Positions 16,915 through 29,641 are shown, counted from the stretch's first letter. The stretch is 64,000 bases of DNA from an uncultured Acidobacteriota bacterium (GCA_963720545.1 OY970399.1:3392001-3456000), one strand, 5' to 3'. Numbers and translations are program-made. Notes: a model not told the origin generated them from the sequence alone.

Positions 16915-19029
16915 TCAGTAGGCGAGCAGCCGCTCGAGGGCCTCGTCGACGCGGCCCCTGGGCGAGAACACTTCCTCGAGTGCCTTGCTGAACGGCACCG
17001 GCGTGTCGAGCGCGCCGAGCCGCATCACCGGCGCGTCGAGCCAGGTGAAGGCCTCGCGGCCGATGGTGGCCGCGATCTCGCCGCCGAAGCCGCCGGTGAC
17101 CGGCGCCTCGTGCAGCACCAGGCAGCGGCCGGTGCGCTTCACCGACGCGACCACCATCTCGACGTCCCACGGCAGCAGCGAGCGCAGGTCGATGAGCTCG
17201 ATCTTGCGGTCCTGGGCGGCGAAGCGGTCGACCGCGGCGTCGGCCCACAGGACGCCGGCGCCGTAGGTGACGATGGTCGCATCGCTGCCCACCCGCACCA
17301 TGCGTCCGCGACCGATCGGCACGGTGTAGTAGCCGGCCGGCACCGGGCCCTTCACCTGGCGGTACAGGAACTTGTGTTCGAGATACAGCACCGGGTTGCC
17401 GTCGGCGAACGCGGCGAGCAGCAGCCCCTTGGCGTCGTAGGGTGTCGACGGCTCCACCACCTTGAGCCCGGCGACGCTCGTGAACCACGACTCGACGTTT
17501 TGCGAATGGAACGGGCCGGCGCCCACGCCGCCGCCGATCGGGGCGCGGATCACCACCGGCACGTCGGCGGCCCAGCGATAGCGCGTCTTCGCGAGGTTGT
17601 TGACGATCTGGTTGAACCCGCAGGAGATGAAGTCGCCGAACTGCATTTCGACCATCGGCTTGAAGCCGTCGAGCGCCAGCCCCAGCGCGCAGCCGAGCGC
17701 GCCCGACTCGATGATCGGCGTGTTGCGCACCCGCGCCTTGCCGTACTTTTCGAGGAAGCCCTCGGTGACCTTGAAGACGCCGCCGTAGTCGGCGATGTCC
17801 TGGCCGATGAGCACGGTCTTCTGGTCGCGCTCCATCGCTTCGGCGAGTCCGTCCTGCACCGCGTCCACGAAGCGCATGTCCCTGCCCGCCACGGTCGCCT
17901 CGGGGGTCGGATCCACGGGCGGCGGCGCTGCGGCGTACACGTCGGCCAGCTCGGCGGCAGCGGTCGACTGCGGCTGCGGCGCCGCGAGCGCCTCGTCCAC
18001 CAGCGCGTCCACCTTCGCCTTGATCTCGGCGCGCACCGCGAGGTGCTCGTTCGGCGGCATCACGCCCTGCTCGAGCAGCAGCCGCTCGAGGCGCACCACC
18101 GGGTCCTTCTGGCCCCACTCCGCGATCAGCTGGTCCGGGACGTAGTCGGTGCCCGATGCCTCCTCGTGGCCGCGCATGCGGAAGGTCTTGAACTCGAGGA
18201 GTGTCGGCCCCTCGCCGCGGCGCGCGCGCTCGGCGGCATCGGCCACCGCGTGGTACACCGCGATCACGTTGTTGCCGTCCACCACCGCGCCCTGCATGCC
18301 GTAGCCGGCCGCCTTGTCGGCGAGGTTGCGGCAGGCGAACTGCTCCGACGTCGGCGTCGACAGCGCGTACTGGTTGTTCTCGACCACGAACAGCACCGGC
18401 AGCTTCCACACCGCCGCCAGGTTGACCGCCTCGTGGAAGTCGCCTTCGCTCGTGGCACCTTCGCCGCAGAAGGCCGCGGCCACCTGCTTCGTGCCCTTGA
18501 GGCGCGCGGCCAGCGCCAGGCCGTCGGCCACCGGCAGCATCGCGGCGAGGTGGCTGATCATGCCGACGATGCGCTTTTCCGGCACGGCGAAATGGAAGGT
18601 GCGGTCGCGGCCCTTGGTGAAGCCGCCGTCGCGGCCGAACAGCTGGCGAAAGAGCTGCGCGAGGTCGACCCCGCGGGTGGTGAAGACCCCGAGGTTCCGG
18701 TGCATCGGCAGGATCCAGTCGGAGGGCTCGAGCGCCGACGCCACGCCCACCGCGATCGCCTCCTGGCCCATGCCCGAGAACCACTTCGAGAGGCGGCCCT
18801 GGCGCAGCAGCAGCAGCGCCTTTTCTTCGATGATCCGCGGCAGCAGCAGCGCGCGGTAGATCTGGCGCAGTTTCACCGGGCCGATGCGCGCGGCGAGCGC
18901 CAGGTCTTCCGGGATCGCGCCCTTCATGAGGAACGTGGAAGGCGACGCTGCGATCATGGTGTCCGCGGACCGCTGGATGATGGTTGCCGGCGCCTCGCCC
19001 GGGTCCGTGTCGCGCTTCCACTGGCTCAT
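16915..19029 (-). CDS. 2-oxoacid dehydrogenase E1, fused alpha+beta
   Basis: ThDP motif GEGATSEG...ENN, RMRGHEE, NTPIIES, EMQFGDF, GPFHSQ; start uncertain (19029 or 18957). Confidence 0.9.
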   Translation of the reverse strand: MSQWKRDTDPGEAPATIIQRSADTMIAASPSTFLMKGAIPEDLALAARIGPVKLRQIYRALLLPRIIEEKALLLLRQGRLSKWFSGMGQEAIAVGVASALEPSDWILPMHRNLGVFTTRGVDLAQLFRQLFGRDGGFTKGRDRTFHFAVPEKRIVGMISHLAAMLPVADGLALAARLKGTKQVAAAFCGEGATSEGDFHEAVNLAAVWKLPVLFVVENNQYALSTPTSEQFACRNLADKAAGYGMQGAVVDGNNVIAVYHAVADAAERARRGEGPTLLEFKTFRMRGHEEASGTDYVPDQLIAEWGQKDPVVRLERLLLEQGVMPPNEHLAVRAEIKAKVDALVDEALAAPQPQSTAAAELADVYAAAPPPVDPTPEATVAGRDMRFVDAVQDGLAEAMERDQKTVLIGQDIADYGGVFKVTEGFLEKYGKARVRNTPIIESGALGCALGLALDGFKPMVEMQFGDFISCGFNQIVNNLAKTRYRWAADVPVVIRAPIGGGVGAGPFHSQNVESWFTSVAGLKVVEPSTPYDAKGLLLAAFADGNPVLYLEHKFLYRQVKGPVPAGYYTVPIGRGRMVRVGSDATIVTYGAGVLWADAAVDRFAAQDRKIELIDLRSLLPWDVEMVVASVKRTGRCLVLHEAPVTGGFGGEIAATIGREAFTWLDAPVMRLGALDTPVPFSKALEEVFSPRGRVDEALERLLAY

Positions 19030-19133
19030 AGGAGTAACCCATGCTAGCGCAGCGCCCACCGGGGCCACAGGACGCCTGTGCGCGTGCTCGCTCACATGGC
19101 GCGGAAGCCCAACGGGCGCTAGGATTTGCGCGC

Positions 19134-19760
19134 ATGCCGGCCCTCTTCAGCGATGACGACACCAGGAAGGCTTTTCAGGGAGCCGTCCGCTCGCTCGAGA
19201 TGCGCACCGGGGCCGAGGTGCTGGTGGCGATCCGCGAGCGATCCGGGATCGAACCGCTGGCCGCCACCCGGGCCGCCATCGCCTCTGCGGCCCTGGTGCT
19301 GGCGGTGCTCGTCTTCAGCCCCTGGCACTTTCGGGCGGCCTGGTTCTTCATCGATCCGGTGGTCTTCGGCCTGCTGGGTGCCGGGCTCACCTGGCGGGTG
19401 TCGAAGTTCGAGCGCCTGTTCACGACGCAGAAAGAGCGTCTTGCCGCAGTGGCGCAGGCAGCTGCCCACACCTTCGTGAAGAAGGGTCTGCACCGCACCC
19501 GCGACCGCACCGGCCTGCTCGTCTACCTCGGGGTGCGCGAGCGTGGCGCGGTGGTGATCGCCGACCACGGCATCCTTGCGGTGGTCGACCGTGAGCGCTG
19601 GACGGCGGCGGTGCTCGCCATCATCGACGCGATGGCGGAGGAGGAGACCTCGGCGCGCGAGGTCGCCGGCCGCATCAGCGAACTGGGCCACGTCATGGCC
19701 GCAGTGAGCCGCCGCCAGGACGACGTCGACGAGGTCCCCGAGGAAGTCGTCTTCCTATGA
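19134..19760 (+). CDS. TPM-domain (DUF477-like) membrane protein
   Basis: EMRTGAEVLV, two TM helices, GLHRTRDRTGLLVYL...ER.AVVIADHGI, DDVDEVP. Confidence 0.8.
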   Translation: MPALFSDDDTRKAFQGAVRSLEMRTGAEVLVAIRERSGIEPLAATRAAIASAALVLAVLVFSPWHFRAAWFFIDPVVFGLLGAGLTWRVSKFERLFTTQKERLAAVAQAAAHTFVKKGLHRTRDRTGLLVYLGVRERGAVVIADHGILAVVDRERWTAAVLAIIDAMAEEETSAREVAGRISELGHVMAAVSRRQDDVDEVPEEVVFL

Positions 19761-21400
19761 CCGTTTGTGCTGCGGCAGCGTCCTATGCCGTGCAGGCTGC
19801 GCTCGCCCTGGCCCGTCCCGGCGGCGGCCACACCTACTCACGCGGCGGTGGCGGCGGGGGCGGCGATTTTGCCGGCGGCCAGGATTTCTCCGGTCTCATC
19901 GACTTCGTCTTCTGGCTGGTGCTGGGCCATCCGCTCGTCGGCATCCCGCTGGTGATCGTCGGCTGCTGGATCGCGTACCAGGTGGCGCGGTCCCGCGAGA
20001 GCGGCAACTGGGACGTGCGCGGCGCGCGCTTCGGCCGCAACCAGCCGCCGCTGAGCCTGCCACCGACGAAAGCGCCGTCCGCGAAGACCACGACGACGCC
20101 GGCGCCCGGCACGCAGCCCATCGCCGTGCCGCTGCCGACGCTGCCGCCGAGCCTGCCGCCGCCACCGGTCACTTCGCCGGCGGCCGCGCAGGAACGGCGG
20201 CAGGCGCAGCGCGCCTTCGCCGCCGGCCTCGTGGACGCGGCGGCGCTGGCACGGCAGGATCCCGAGTTCTCGCTGGTGCTGTTCGAGGATTTCGCCAACC
20301 AGCTGTACGCCGCCGCGCAGCTCGCGCGCGCCGATCCAGCGGCGCTCGACAGCCTCTCGCCCTATCTCTCGAGCGCGACCCGCGCGCACCTCACGCAGCG
20401 GCGCCCGGTCGGCGGCCGGGTGCGGGCGGTGGTGGTGGGCTCGCTGCGCGTCCGCGCCATCGCCGCGCTGCCGGCGGCGGGCGAGCGCAAGGCGCACGTG
20501 CGCATCACTGTTGGCTTCGAGTCGAAGCTGCATGTGGACGAGGCGTACCGCACGGCCTCGCAGTACGTCATCGAGTCGTGGCATTTCGTGCGCACCGTCG
20601 GCGTGCCGACGCGGCCATGGAAGGGCGCGCGCACCTTCGGCTGCCCCAGCTGCGGCGCGCCGTTTCGCGCCACCGGCACCAAATGCTCGTCCTGCGGCCA
20701 GATGGTCTCAGGCGGCGCCTTCGACTGGAGTGTCGACCAGATCGACGTCGGCTCGATCGAGAGCGCGCCGCCGTCGCTCGCCGGCAGCGACGAGGAATAC
20801 GGCACCGACCTGCCAACGGTCGCCGACCCCGCCGCCGCCGGTGCCTGGCAGGAACTCGCCGCTTCCGACCCGAAGCTCACCGACGCCGCGCTCGCCGGCC
20901 GGATCGGCCTGATCTTCGGCGAGCTGCAGGTCGCGTGGTCGGCGATGGAGCTGGGCGGCGTGCGGCCGTTCGTCACCGACAGCCTGTTCGGCTACCTGCA
21001 GTTCTGGACCGAGGCGTACCGCGAGCAGGGGCTGCGCAACGTCGTCGAACGCTCCGCCATCGACCGGCTGGAGCGCGTCAAGGTGGTGCGCGACCACAAC
21101 TTCGACGCGCTCACCTTCCGCGTCTTCGCCCACGGCCGCGACTACACCGTGGTGACCGCGACCAGCCAGGTCGCCGGTGGCGACCCGGCGCGCGACCGGC
21201 GCTACTCGGAATACTGGACCCTGGTGCGTTCGGCCGCGGTGCGGCGCGCGCCGGTTGCGCAGAAGGTGTGCCCGGCGTGCGCGGCGCCGCTCAACGTGAA
21301 CATGGCCGGCAATTGCGCCTACTGCGGCAGCCTGGTCACGAGCGGCGACTTCGACTGGGTGCTGTCGAAGATCGAGCAGGATGACGTCTATCGTGGCTAG
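19757..21400 (+). CDS. Membrane protein with tandem Tim44-like domains and two zinc ribbons
   Basis: ARPGGGHTYSRGGGG N-terminus, TM, Pro-rich linker, DPEFS..F, E(S/Y)W(H/T)(F/L)VR twice, CPSC..CSSC and CPAC..CAYC, FDW twice. Confidence 0.75.
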   Translation: MTVCAAAASYAVQAALALARPGGGHTYSRGGGGGGGDFAGGQDFSGLIDFVFWLVLGHPLVGIPLVIVGCWIAYQVARSRESGNWDVRGARFGRNQPPLSLPPTKAPSAKTTTTPAPGTQPIAVPLPTLPPSLPPPPVTSPAAAQERRQAQRAFAAGLVDAAALARQDPEFSLVLFEDFANQLYAAAQLARADPAALDSLSPYLSSATRAHLTQRRPVGGRVRAVVVGSLRVRAIAALPAAGERKAHVRITVGFESKLHVDEAYRTASQYVIESWHFVRTVGVPTRPWKGARTFGCPSCGAPFRATGTKCSSCGQMVSGGAFDWSVDQIDVGSIESAPPSLAGSDEEYGTDLPTVADPAAAGAWQELAASDPKLTDAALAGRIGLIFGELQVAWSAMELGGVRPFVTDSLFGYLQFWTEAYREQGLRNVVERSAIDRLERVKVVRDHNFDALTFRVFAHGRDYTVVTATSQVAGGDPARDRRYSEYWTLVRSAAVRRAPVAQKVCPACAAPLNVNMAGNCAYCGSLVTSGDFDWVLSKIEQDDVYRG

Positions 21401-21415
21401 GCTGCGGATGCTGTC

Positions 21416-24106
<2,691 letters not shown>

Positions 24107-24108
24107 CC

Positions 24109-25332
24109 GTGGGCAAGAGCGAGCTGCAGGCGGCGCCGGCCATCGCAGCCATCGGTCTGCTGGCACTTGGCTGGTGGCCGCCGTTTCCGTGGCTCCACGA
24201 GCACGCCCAGTGGAGCGACGCGCTGTTGCTGTTGTTCCTCCCCGCGTCGCTCGCCGCCGCGGCTGCGTCCGCCGCAATCCGGGAGCGCTGGCGCTCGGCG
24301 CTGCCGGTTGCGATGTCGGCTGTTTTCTATTGCGCGGCCAACGCCGCATCGGTCTTGTTCGGCACCGGCCTGGGCGAGCCGCGGCGCATCGCGGGCGCCG
24401 CGCTCCTCGGCGGGTACCTGCTGGCGGCGCGCGTCGCTATCGACGACGCGGCGTTCGCCCGCCTCGCGCGCGTGGTGGCGGCGGTGTCGATCGCAACCGG
24501 CGTGCTCGCCGTGGGCGGCGAACTCGCGGCACTTCTCGGCCGGCAGACGCCGCTCGCCGGCGGCTTCGGCGACTTGCTGCCCGGCGGCTACGCGCGCATG
24601 CGCGCGACGCTCTTCAGCCCGAACCTGCTGGCGAGCTACGCGATCTTCGCTTCCGGCGTCGTGCGCAGCGAACGCGCGCGCCTGCCGGCGCCATTGCGCC
24701 GGCTCGCGATGCCGTGCCTTGCCGCCGCAGCGCTCCTGAGCTTCGGCCGCGGCGCGCTGGTGTTCGCTGCGGCGTGGCTCGCGCACCGCAAGCCGCGCTG
24801 GCGCGCGGCGCTCGCGGTGGCGAGTGCCGTGGCGCTGCTGGCACTCAACTTCGTGAACCTGCGCGTGCGCCTCGTGCCCTTCGCGGCGTCCGTCTCACCC
24901 TTCGACAGCGACCGCCTGGTGCTGCTGCGCACTTCATGGGCCACATTCACGGCGCACCCTCTCCTCGGCAGCGGGCCGGGAACTTCGCCGGGCCTGCTCG
25001 GCGGCGCCCATCCGTTCGATGCGCATTGCACGCCGCTGCAGGTAGCCGCGACGCTCGGCCTCTTCGGCCTCGCTGCATTCGCGGCGGTGGTGGCGCTCGC
25101 GTGGCGCCGCGGACGCCTGGGCGCGGGTTCGCTCGACGCGAGCATCGCCATCTCGGTCGTGGCGCTCCTCATCGACGGCCTGGCGCAGGATGCCGACGAC
25201 TTCCGCCACTTGTGGGCGGGCCTCGGCTTGCTGCGCTGTTATCGGCCGCGGGGGAACAGCGCCAACAACACGCCGCTCGCGGCGACGATGGCGCAGACGT
25301 ACTTGCCGAGCTCGGCGCGGCCGGCGGTGTAG
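24109..25332 (+). CDS. O-antigen ligase (Wzy_C)-like membrane protein
   Basis: Multiple TM helices, RMRATLFSPN, HPLLGSGPG, DAHCT (variant of HAHN). Confidence 0.6.
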   Translation: MGKSELQAAPAIAAIGLLALGWWPPFPWLHEHAQWSDALLLLFLPASLAAAAASAAIRERWRSALPVAMSAVFYCAANAASVLFGTGLGEPRRIAGAALLGGYLLAARVAIDDAAFARLARVVAAVSIATGVLAVGGELAALLGRQTPLAGGFGDLLPGGYARMRATLFSPNLLASYAIFASGVVRSERARLPAPLRRLAMPCLAAAALLSFGRGALVFAAAWLAHRKPRWRAALAVASAVALLALNFVNLRVRLVPFAASVSPFDSDRLVLLRTSWATFTAHPLLGSGPGTSPGLLGGAHPFDAHCTPLQVAATLGLFGLAAFAAVVALAWRRGRLGAGSLDASIAISVVALLIDGLAQDADDFRHLWAGLGLLRCYRPRGNSANNTPLAATMAQTYLPSSARPAV

Positions 25333-25457
25333 TCGAGCGACTGCATCACCGACAAGCCGTCGGGCATCTCACCGGCGCCCGATCCGACCGACGAGCAATA
25401 CAAGAAGCCAGCGACGCCGAGCAGAATGCAGATCCCACCGAAACTGCGCATGCTCAC
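25239..25457 (-). CDS. Small two-TM hypothetical protein
   Basis: Two hydrophobic segments; start overlaps the enoyl-CoA hydratase stop. Confidence 0.55.
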   Translation of the reverse strand: MSMRSFGGICILLGVAGFLYCSSVGSGAGEMPDGLSVMQSLDYTAGRAELGKYVCAIVAASGVLLALFPRGR

Positions 25458-26242
25458 TCTCCCGAAAAACGCGGCGCCCTCTTTTCCAGGAAGGCCTGGG
25501 TGCCTTCTGCCTTGTCCCGCGACTCGAACGTGATGGCCTGGGCCGTCGATTCATATACCAGACCCGCGCCGAGCGGCATGTGAGATGACGCATTGAGCGC
25601 CATTTTCGCGAGGCGCAGCGCCAAAGGACCCAGTTTCAGCACCTTTTCGGCCAGCGCACGAGCCGCCTCGAGCAGTTCCGCGGCGGGGACCACCTGGCTC
25701 ACGAGGCCGGCGGCGAGCGCCGTCTGCGCATCCCAGCGCGCGCCGGTGAGGATCATTTCCTTCGCCCGGCCCAGGCCGACGATGCGCGGCAGGCGCTGGG
25801 TGCCGCCGGCCCCCGGGATAATGCCGAGCGATGGTTCGGGCAGGCCGAAGACAGCATGCTCCGCGGCGATCCGCAGGTCGCACGCAAGCGCCAGCTCGCA
25901 GCCGCCGCCGAGCGCAACGCCGTTGACCGCGGCGATCACCACCGCGGCGTGACCCTCGACCGCGCTCATCAGCCGCGAGTTGATGGACGCGAACGCGTCG
26001 TTGCGGCGCCGCTGCTGGATCGCGCGGATGTCGGCGCCGGAGACGAACGCCTTGTCGCCGGCGCCGGTGATGATGAGCACCGGCGCGCCCGCGGCGCCGA
26101 CCGCTTCCAGTGCCGCGTGAAACTCCGCCACCGTCTGCGTGTCGAGGGCGTTGCGGACCTGCGGACGGTTGACGGTGAGGAGCGCGATGCGACGATCGTC
26201 GTCGACGGCGAGCCTCAGGTTCTCGTAGGTTCCTGTTGTCAC
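25454..26242 (-). CDS. Enoyl-CoA hydratase/isomerase
   Basis: NRPQVRNAL, FVSGADI, ALGGGCELALACD, PEPSLGIIPGAGGTQRL. Confidence 0.93.
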   Translation of the reverse strand: MTTGTYENLRLAVDDDRRIALLTVNRPQVRNALDTQTVAEFHAALEAVGAAGAPVLIITGAGDKAFVSGADIRAIQQRRRNDAFASINSRLMSAVEGHAAVVIAAVNGVALGGGCELALACDLRIAAEHAVFGLPEPSLGIIPGAGGTQRLPRIVGLGRAKEMILTGARWDAQTALAAGLVSQVVPAAELLEAARALAEKVLKLGPLALRLAKMALNASSHMPLGAGLVYESTAQAITFESRDKAEGTQAFLEKRAPRFSGE

Positions 26243-27108
26243 GGCCGGGGATCCTGGCGGGCGGGCTGCGCGTAGACGCGGGCGGCGTTAGCCCACAGGA
26301 TCTTCTCGAGCACGTCCTCGCCGAGGCCGAGCGAGCGAAAGTCGCGCAGGTTCGCGGCCATGCTCGAGACGCCCGGCGACGGCCAGTCGCTGCCGTAGAT
26401 CGCCTTGTCGGCGATCTCGGCGAGGCGTGGAAAATAGCGCAGCATCGCCTTCGGCGGGATGCCGGAAAGCTCGAGGTGCACGTTCGGGAAACGGCGCACC
26501 AGGAAGAACGCCTGCTCCATCCACAGCGGCCGGCCGCCGTGTGCCAGCACGATGGTGAGGTCGGGAAAGTCCACGGCGACGTCGTCGACCGCGATCGGCT
26601 CGCCGGTGCGGCTGCGCGCGCCGGGAAAGATCGAGGTGCCGGTATGGATGAGCACCGGCAGGCGCAGGCGCTGCGCCTCCTCGTAAATGGCGCGCAACGG
26701 CTCGCACCCGTGCAGGTAGGCGTTGGGCTCGATCTGCATGTGCGGCGGGTGGATCTTGAGTGCGCGCACGCCGAGCTCAGCGGCGCGGCGCACCTCCGCG
26801 GCCGCGTCGTCGGTGAAGCGCGGGTGCACGCCGCCCATGGGAAACAGCCGGTCGGGGGCGGCGTCGCAGTAGCGGGCGACGTATTCGTTCACCCGATGGT
26901 CGAAGCCCATCAGGTCCTGGCTCGGGTAGTTGACCAGCACGGCGCGCTCGATGCCGTCCTGGTCGAGCCGCCGCAGCAGATGTTCGGGCGACTTCATGAT
27001 CTTCTGCAGCTCGTCGAGGTCGGTGCGGCCCTTGACGAACACGTCGAGCATCTCGGCGCGCATGTGCCACCACGGCTGGATGTGGATATGCGCGTCGGTA
27101 ACCTTCAC
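26239..27108 (-). CDS. Amidohydrolase_2 family protein
   Basis: DAHIH, KIHP, IHTG, LAHGG, YGSDWP. Confidence 0.88.
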   Translation of the reverse strand: MKVTDAHIHIQPWWHMRAEMLDVFVKGRTDLDELQKIMKSPEHLLRRLDQDGIERAVLVNYPSQDLMGFDHRVNEYVARYCDAAPDRLFPMGGVHPRFTDDAAAEVRRAAELGVRALKIHPPHMQIEPNAYLHGCEPLRAIYEEAQRLRLPVLIHTGTSIFPGARSRTGEPIAVDDVAVDFPDLTIVLAHGGRPLWMEQAFFLVRRFPNVHLELSGIPPKAMLRYFPRLAEIADKAIYGSDWPSPGVSSMAANLRDFRSLGLGEDVLEKILWANAARVYAQPARQDPRP

Positions 27109-27144
27109 GGCGCCGACGCTAGCACGCCGGCGCTTCGCTCCGGC

Positions 27145-27360
27145 CTAGTACTGATACTCCTGCGGCACGACCTGGTGCGTCCGCAAACCAAGCCGCTTGA
27201 TCTTCTCGTTGAGCGTGGTGGGCAGCACGCCGAGCGAACGGGCCGCGCGACGCTGGTTGCCCACGGAGGCTTGCAGCGCCTCGGCGATGAGGCGCCGCTC
27301 GTAGTCGTCCACCATCTCCTTCAGGCTGCGCTCGGGAGTCGCCACGACGGAATCGAACAT
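27145..27360 (-). CDS. Stand-alone Fis-family helix-turn-helix protein
   Basis: ERRLIAEALQASVGNQRRAARSLGVLPTTLNEKIKRLGL; AGGAG RBS upstream. Confidence 0.85.
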   Translation of the reverse strand: MFDSVVATPERSLKEMVDDYERRLIAEALQASVGNQRRAARSLGVLPTTLNEKIKRLGLRTHQVVPQEYQY

Positions 27361-27467
27361 GCAAGGCTCCTGTGATCTGCGATCAACGGCCGTTATTGGG
27401 GTTGAGACGCAGCAGGCCCGCCTGTGGTTCCGTTGGATTCAAGCGGAGCTGTTAAACCTTGTCGCAG

Positions 27468-28313
27468 TCAGTTGCGGGGCACGCGCTCCCACGACCCGTA
27501 CATGGGGTTGGGAATGAGGATGTAGCGCGAGCCGAAGGCGGCGAGCGCCGCGGGGGCGCCGCGCGACTCCTGCGACAGGCCGGGAAAGTCCTGGATGTTG
27601 TCGCCGATCCACATCACCACTTCCACGGCGCCTTGTCCGGGCACCTTGCCCTGGCCGATGGCGTCGAAGCGCGGCTGCTTCGAGCCGGGCGCGCCTTCCG
27701 GGCGGCACAGGACGGCGGTCACCGCGAAGCCGTCGGCGCGCAGGTTGGCTTCTGTAGCCGGGCAATCGCCCTGGTCGCGGTTCGTGACCACGAAGAACCT
27801 GCCGCCGAGGTCGCGGACGCGCTTGCTGAAGTCGACGGCGCCCGGCAGCGCGGGCGCCTTGCGCTGCGCGACCCAGGCCGACCAGCTCTCGGCGCTGAAC
27901 CCCGCGCCCGCGGCGGCGCGCTCCTTCTGGTACTGCGAATTGCCGAGGAGCGTTTCGTCGGCGTCCGCGACCACCGCCCAGGAGCCGCTGGCGCGGCCGG
28001 CGCGCAGCTTGTCGAGGCGGTCGGTGGCGAGCCGGTAGGCCTGCAGGACCGCCGCCTCGTATTCGGCGGAGTTGCGCACCCAGTGCACCGAGTCGGGCAT
28101 GACCGCGGTTCCCGCGGGTGCCGTGCCGCCCGTCCCCGGCAGCGGCTCGATGACCGGCGGCGGCGCCGGCTGCGATACCGGCGGGCGCTTGCGCGGCGCG
28201 GCAGGGGTGCGGCTGCTGCCGGTCGATTGCGCATGGCAACCTGCCGCAACCAGGGCCGCGGCGAGGCCGCTCGCCCGAACGAAACCGAAGCCGAAACCGC
28301 GCGGTGTGGGCAT
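27468..28313 (-). CDS. Lipoprotein 5'-nucleotidase / class C acid phosphatase, e(P4) family
   Basis: Lipobox-like VAAGC, DADET, VTNR, GDNIQDF, IPNPMYGSWE. Confidence 0.88.
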   Translation of the reverse strand: MPTPRGFGFGFVRASGLAAALVAAGCHAQSTGSSRTPAAPRKRPPVSQPAPPPVIEPLPGTGGTAPAGTAVMPDSVHWVRNSAEYEAAVLQAYRLATDRLDKLRAGRASGSWAVVADADETLLGNSQYQKERAAAGAGFSAESWSAWVAQRKAPALPGAVDFSKRVRDLGGRFFVVTNRDQGDCPATEANLRADGFAVTAVLCRPEGAPGSKQPRFDAIGQGKVPGQGAVEVVMWIGDNIQDFPGLSQESRGAPAALAAFGSRYILIPNPMYGSWERVPRN

Positions 28314-28348
28314 GCCAAAGCTTAGCGCGCCCGACCGGCCGCGCCCCT

Positions 28349-29641
28349 TCATTCGTTCTTGTAGACGACGCCGCCCTTCATCACGAACCGCACCCTGCTC
28401 AGCTCGGCGATGTCGGCGAGCGGGTCGCCAGCAACCGCGACGATATCGGCGAAATGCCCGGGCGCCACAGCGCCCAGTTCCGCCTGCTGGTCGAGGAGCG
28501 CCGCGGCGACGCTGGTGGCGGAAGCGATCGCCTGCGCCGGTGTCATGCCGAACTTCACCATGAGGGACAGCTCCTTCGCCTGGTTCTCGGTCCAGGGATA
28601 GCCGCCCGCGTCGGTGCCGTAGCTGATCTTCACGCCCTTCTTCACTGCCCGCGCGAACACCGCGGGCATGCGGTCGCGCATCGCGATCCAGATCGGCGCG
28701 CCGGCCGCGGCGCGGCCCTCGGCGACCCAGACGCCGACGTACATCGTGGGGCACCAGAAGACGCCCTTTTTGACCATCTCGTCCATCAGCGCGTCGTCCA
28801 GCCCGTAGCCGTGCTCGATGGTGTCGGCGCCGGCGCGCAGCGCCGCGGCGATGCCGTCGCGGCCCATGGCGTGGGCAGCGACCTTGTGGCCCAGGCGATG
28901 CGCCTCGTCCACCAGCGCCTTCGCTTCCTCGTCGGTGAAGTTGACCCACGAGCGCAACTGGTCGTCCTTCACGTAGTAGCGCCGGTCGGAGTAGTACTTG
29001 ATCCAGTCGGCGCCGAAGCGCACCTGCTCGCGCACCGCGCGGCGGATGCTGTCGGCCCCGTCGATGATCTGCACGCCGGTCGGCACCGACAGCTCCCACG
29101 AGTAGCCGAGCGGGCCGTACATGCCGGTGGGGGCAAACGCGCGGGTCGAGACGAACATGCGCGGGCCGGGGATCACACCGCGGTTGATGGCGGTCTTGAC
29201 GTCGACGTCCGCGTACATCGCGCCTTCGGTCTCGAGGTCGCGGATGGTGGTGAAGCCGTTCAGCAGCGCGATGCGCGCGGCAGCGGTCGCGCGAATGGCA
29301 CGATACGGAATCGACTCCTTCAGGATCTGGTCGTCGTATTCCTGCGAGGTGATGTCGCCCTGCAGCAGCACGTGTGTGTGGTTGTCGATGAGGCCGGGGA
29401 GGCACGTGCGCTTCGCGAGGTCGACGAGCGGCGCGCCCGCGGGCGCCGCGGCGCCCACGCTCACGATCTTCTCGCCATCTATGACGATGGTGACGTCGCT
29501 GCGGGTCGTGCCCGACAGCGGGTCGAAGAGCTTGCCGCAGCGCACCGCGCTCACTTCGGCCTGCGCGCCCGAGGCGGCGGCGAACAGGAGGGTGGCGGCG
29601 AAAGCCAGGGGAGCTGGAAAAGCGCTGGTCATGGGTCGCAT
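28349..29641 (-). CDS. Secreted metal-dependent amidohydrolase (Xaa-Pro dipeptidase-like)
   Basis: Signal peptide, PGLIDNHTH, GADWIK, AAHA, TIEHG, YGTDAG. Confidence 0.88.
   Translation of the reverse strand: MRPMTSAFPAPLAFAATLLFAAASGAQAEVSAVRCGKLFDPLSGTTRSDVTIVIDGEKIVSVGAAAPAGAPLVDLAKRTCLPGLIDNHTHVLLQGDITSQEYDDQILKESIPYRAIRATAAARIALLNGFTTIRDLETEGAMYADVDVKTAINRGVIPGPRMFVSTRAFAPTGMYGPLGYSWELSVPTGVQIIDGADSIRRAVREQVRFGADWIKYYSDRRYYVKDDQLRSWVNFTDEEAKALVDEAHRLGHKVAAHAMGRDGIAAALRAGADTIEHGYGLDDALMDEMVKKGVFWCPTMYVGVWVAEGRAAAGAPIWIAMRDRMPAVFARAVKKGVKISYGTDAGGYPWTENQAKELSLMVKFGMTPAQAIASATSVAAALLDQQAELGAVAPGHFADIVAVAGDPLADIAELSRVRFVMKGGVVYKNE

Noticed and set aside
16915..19029. Fused E1 alpha/beta without adjacent E2/E3 as a novelty
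   Set aside because: Fused stand-alone E1 genes are common in several phyla
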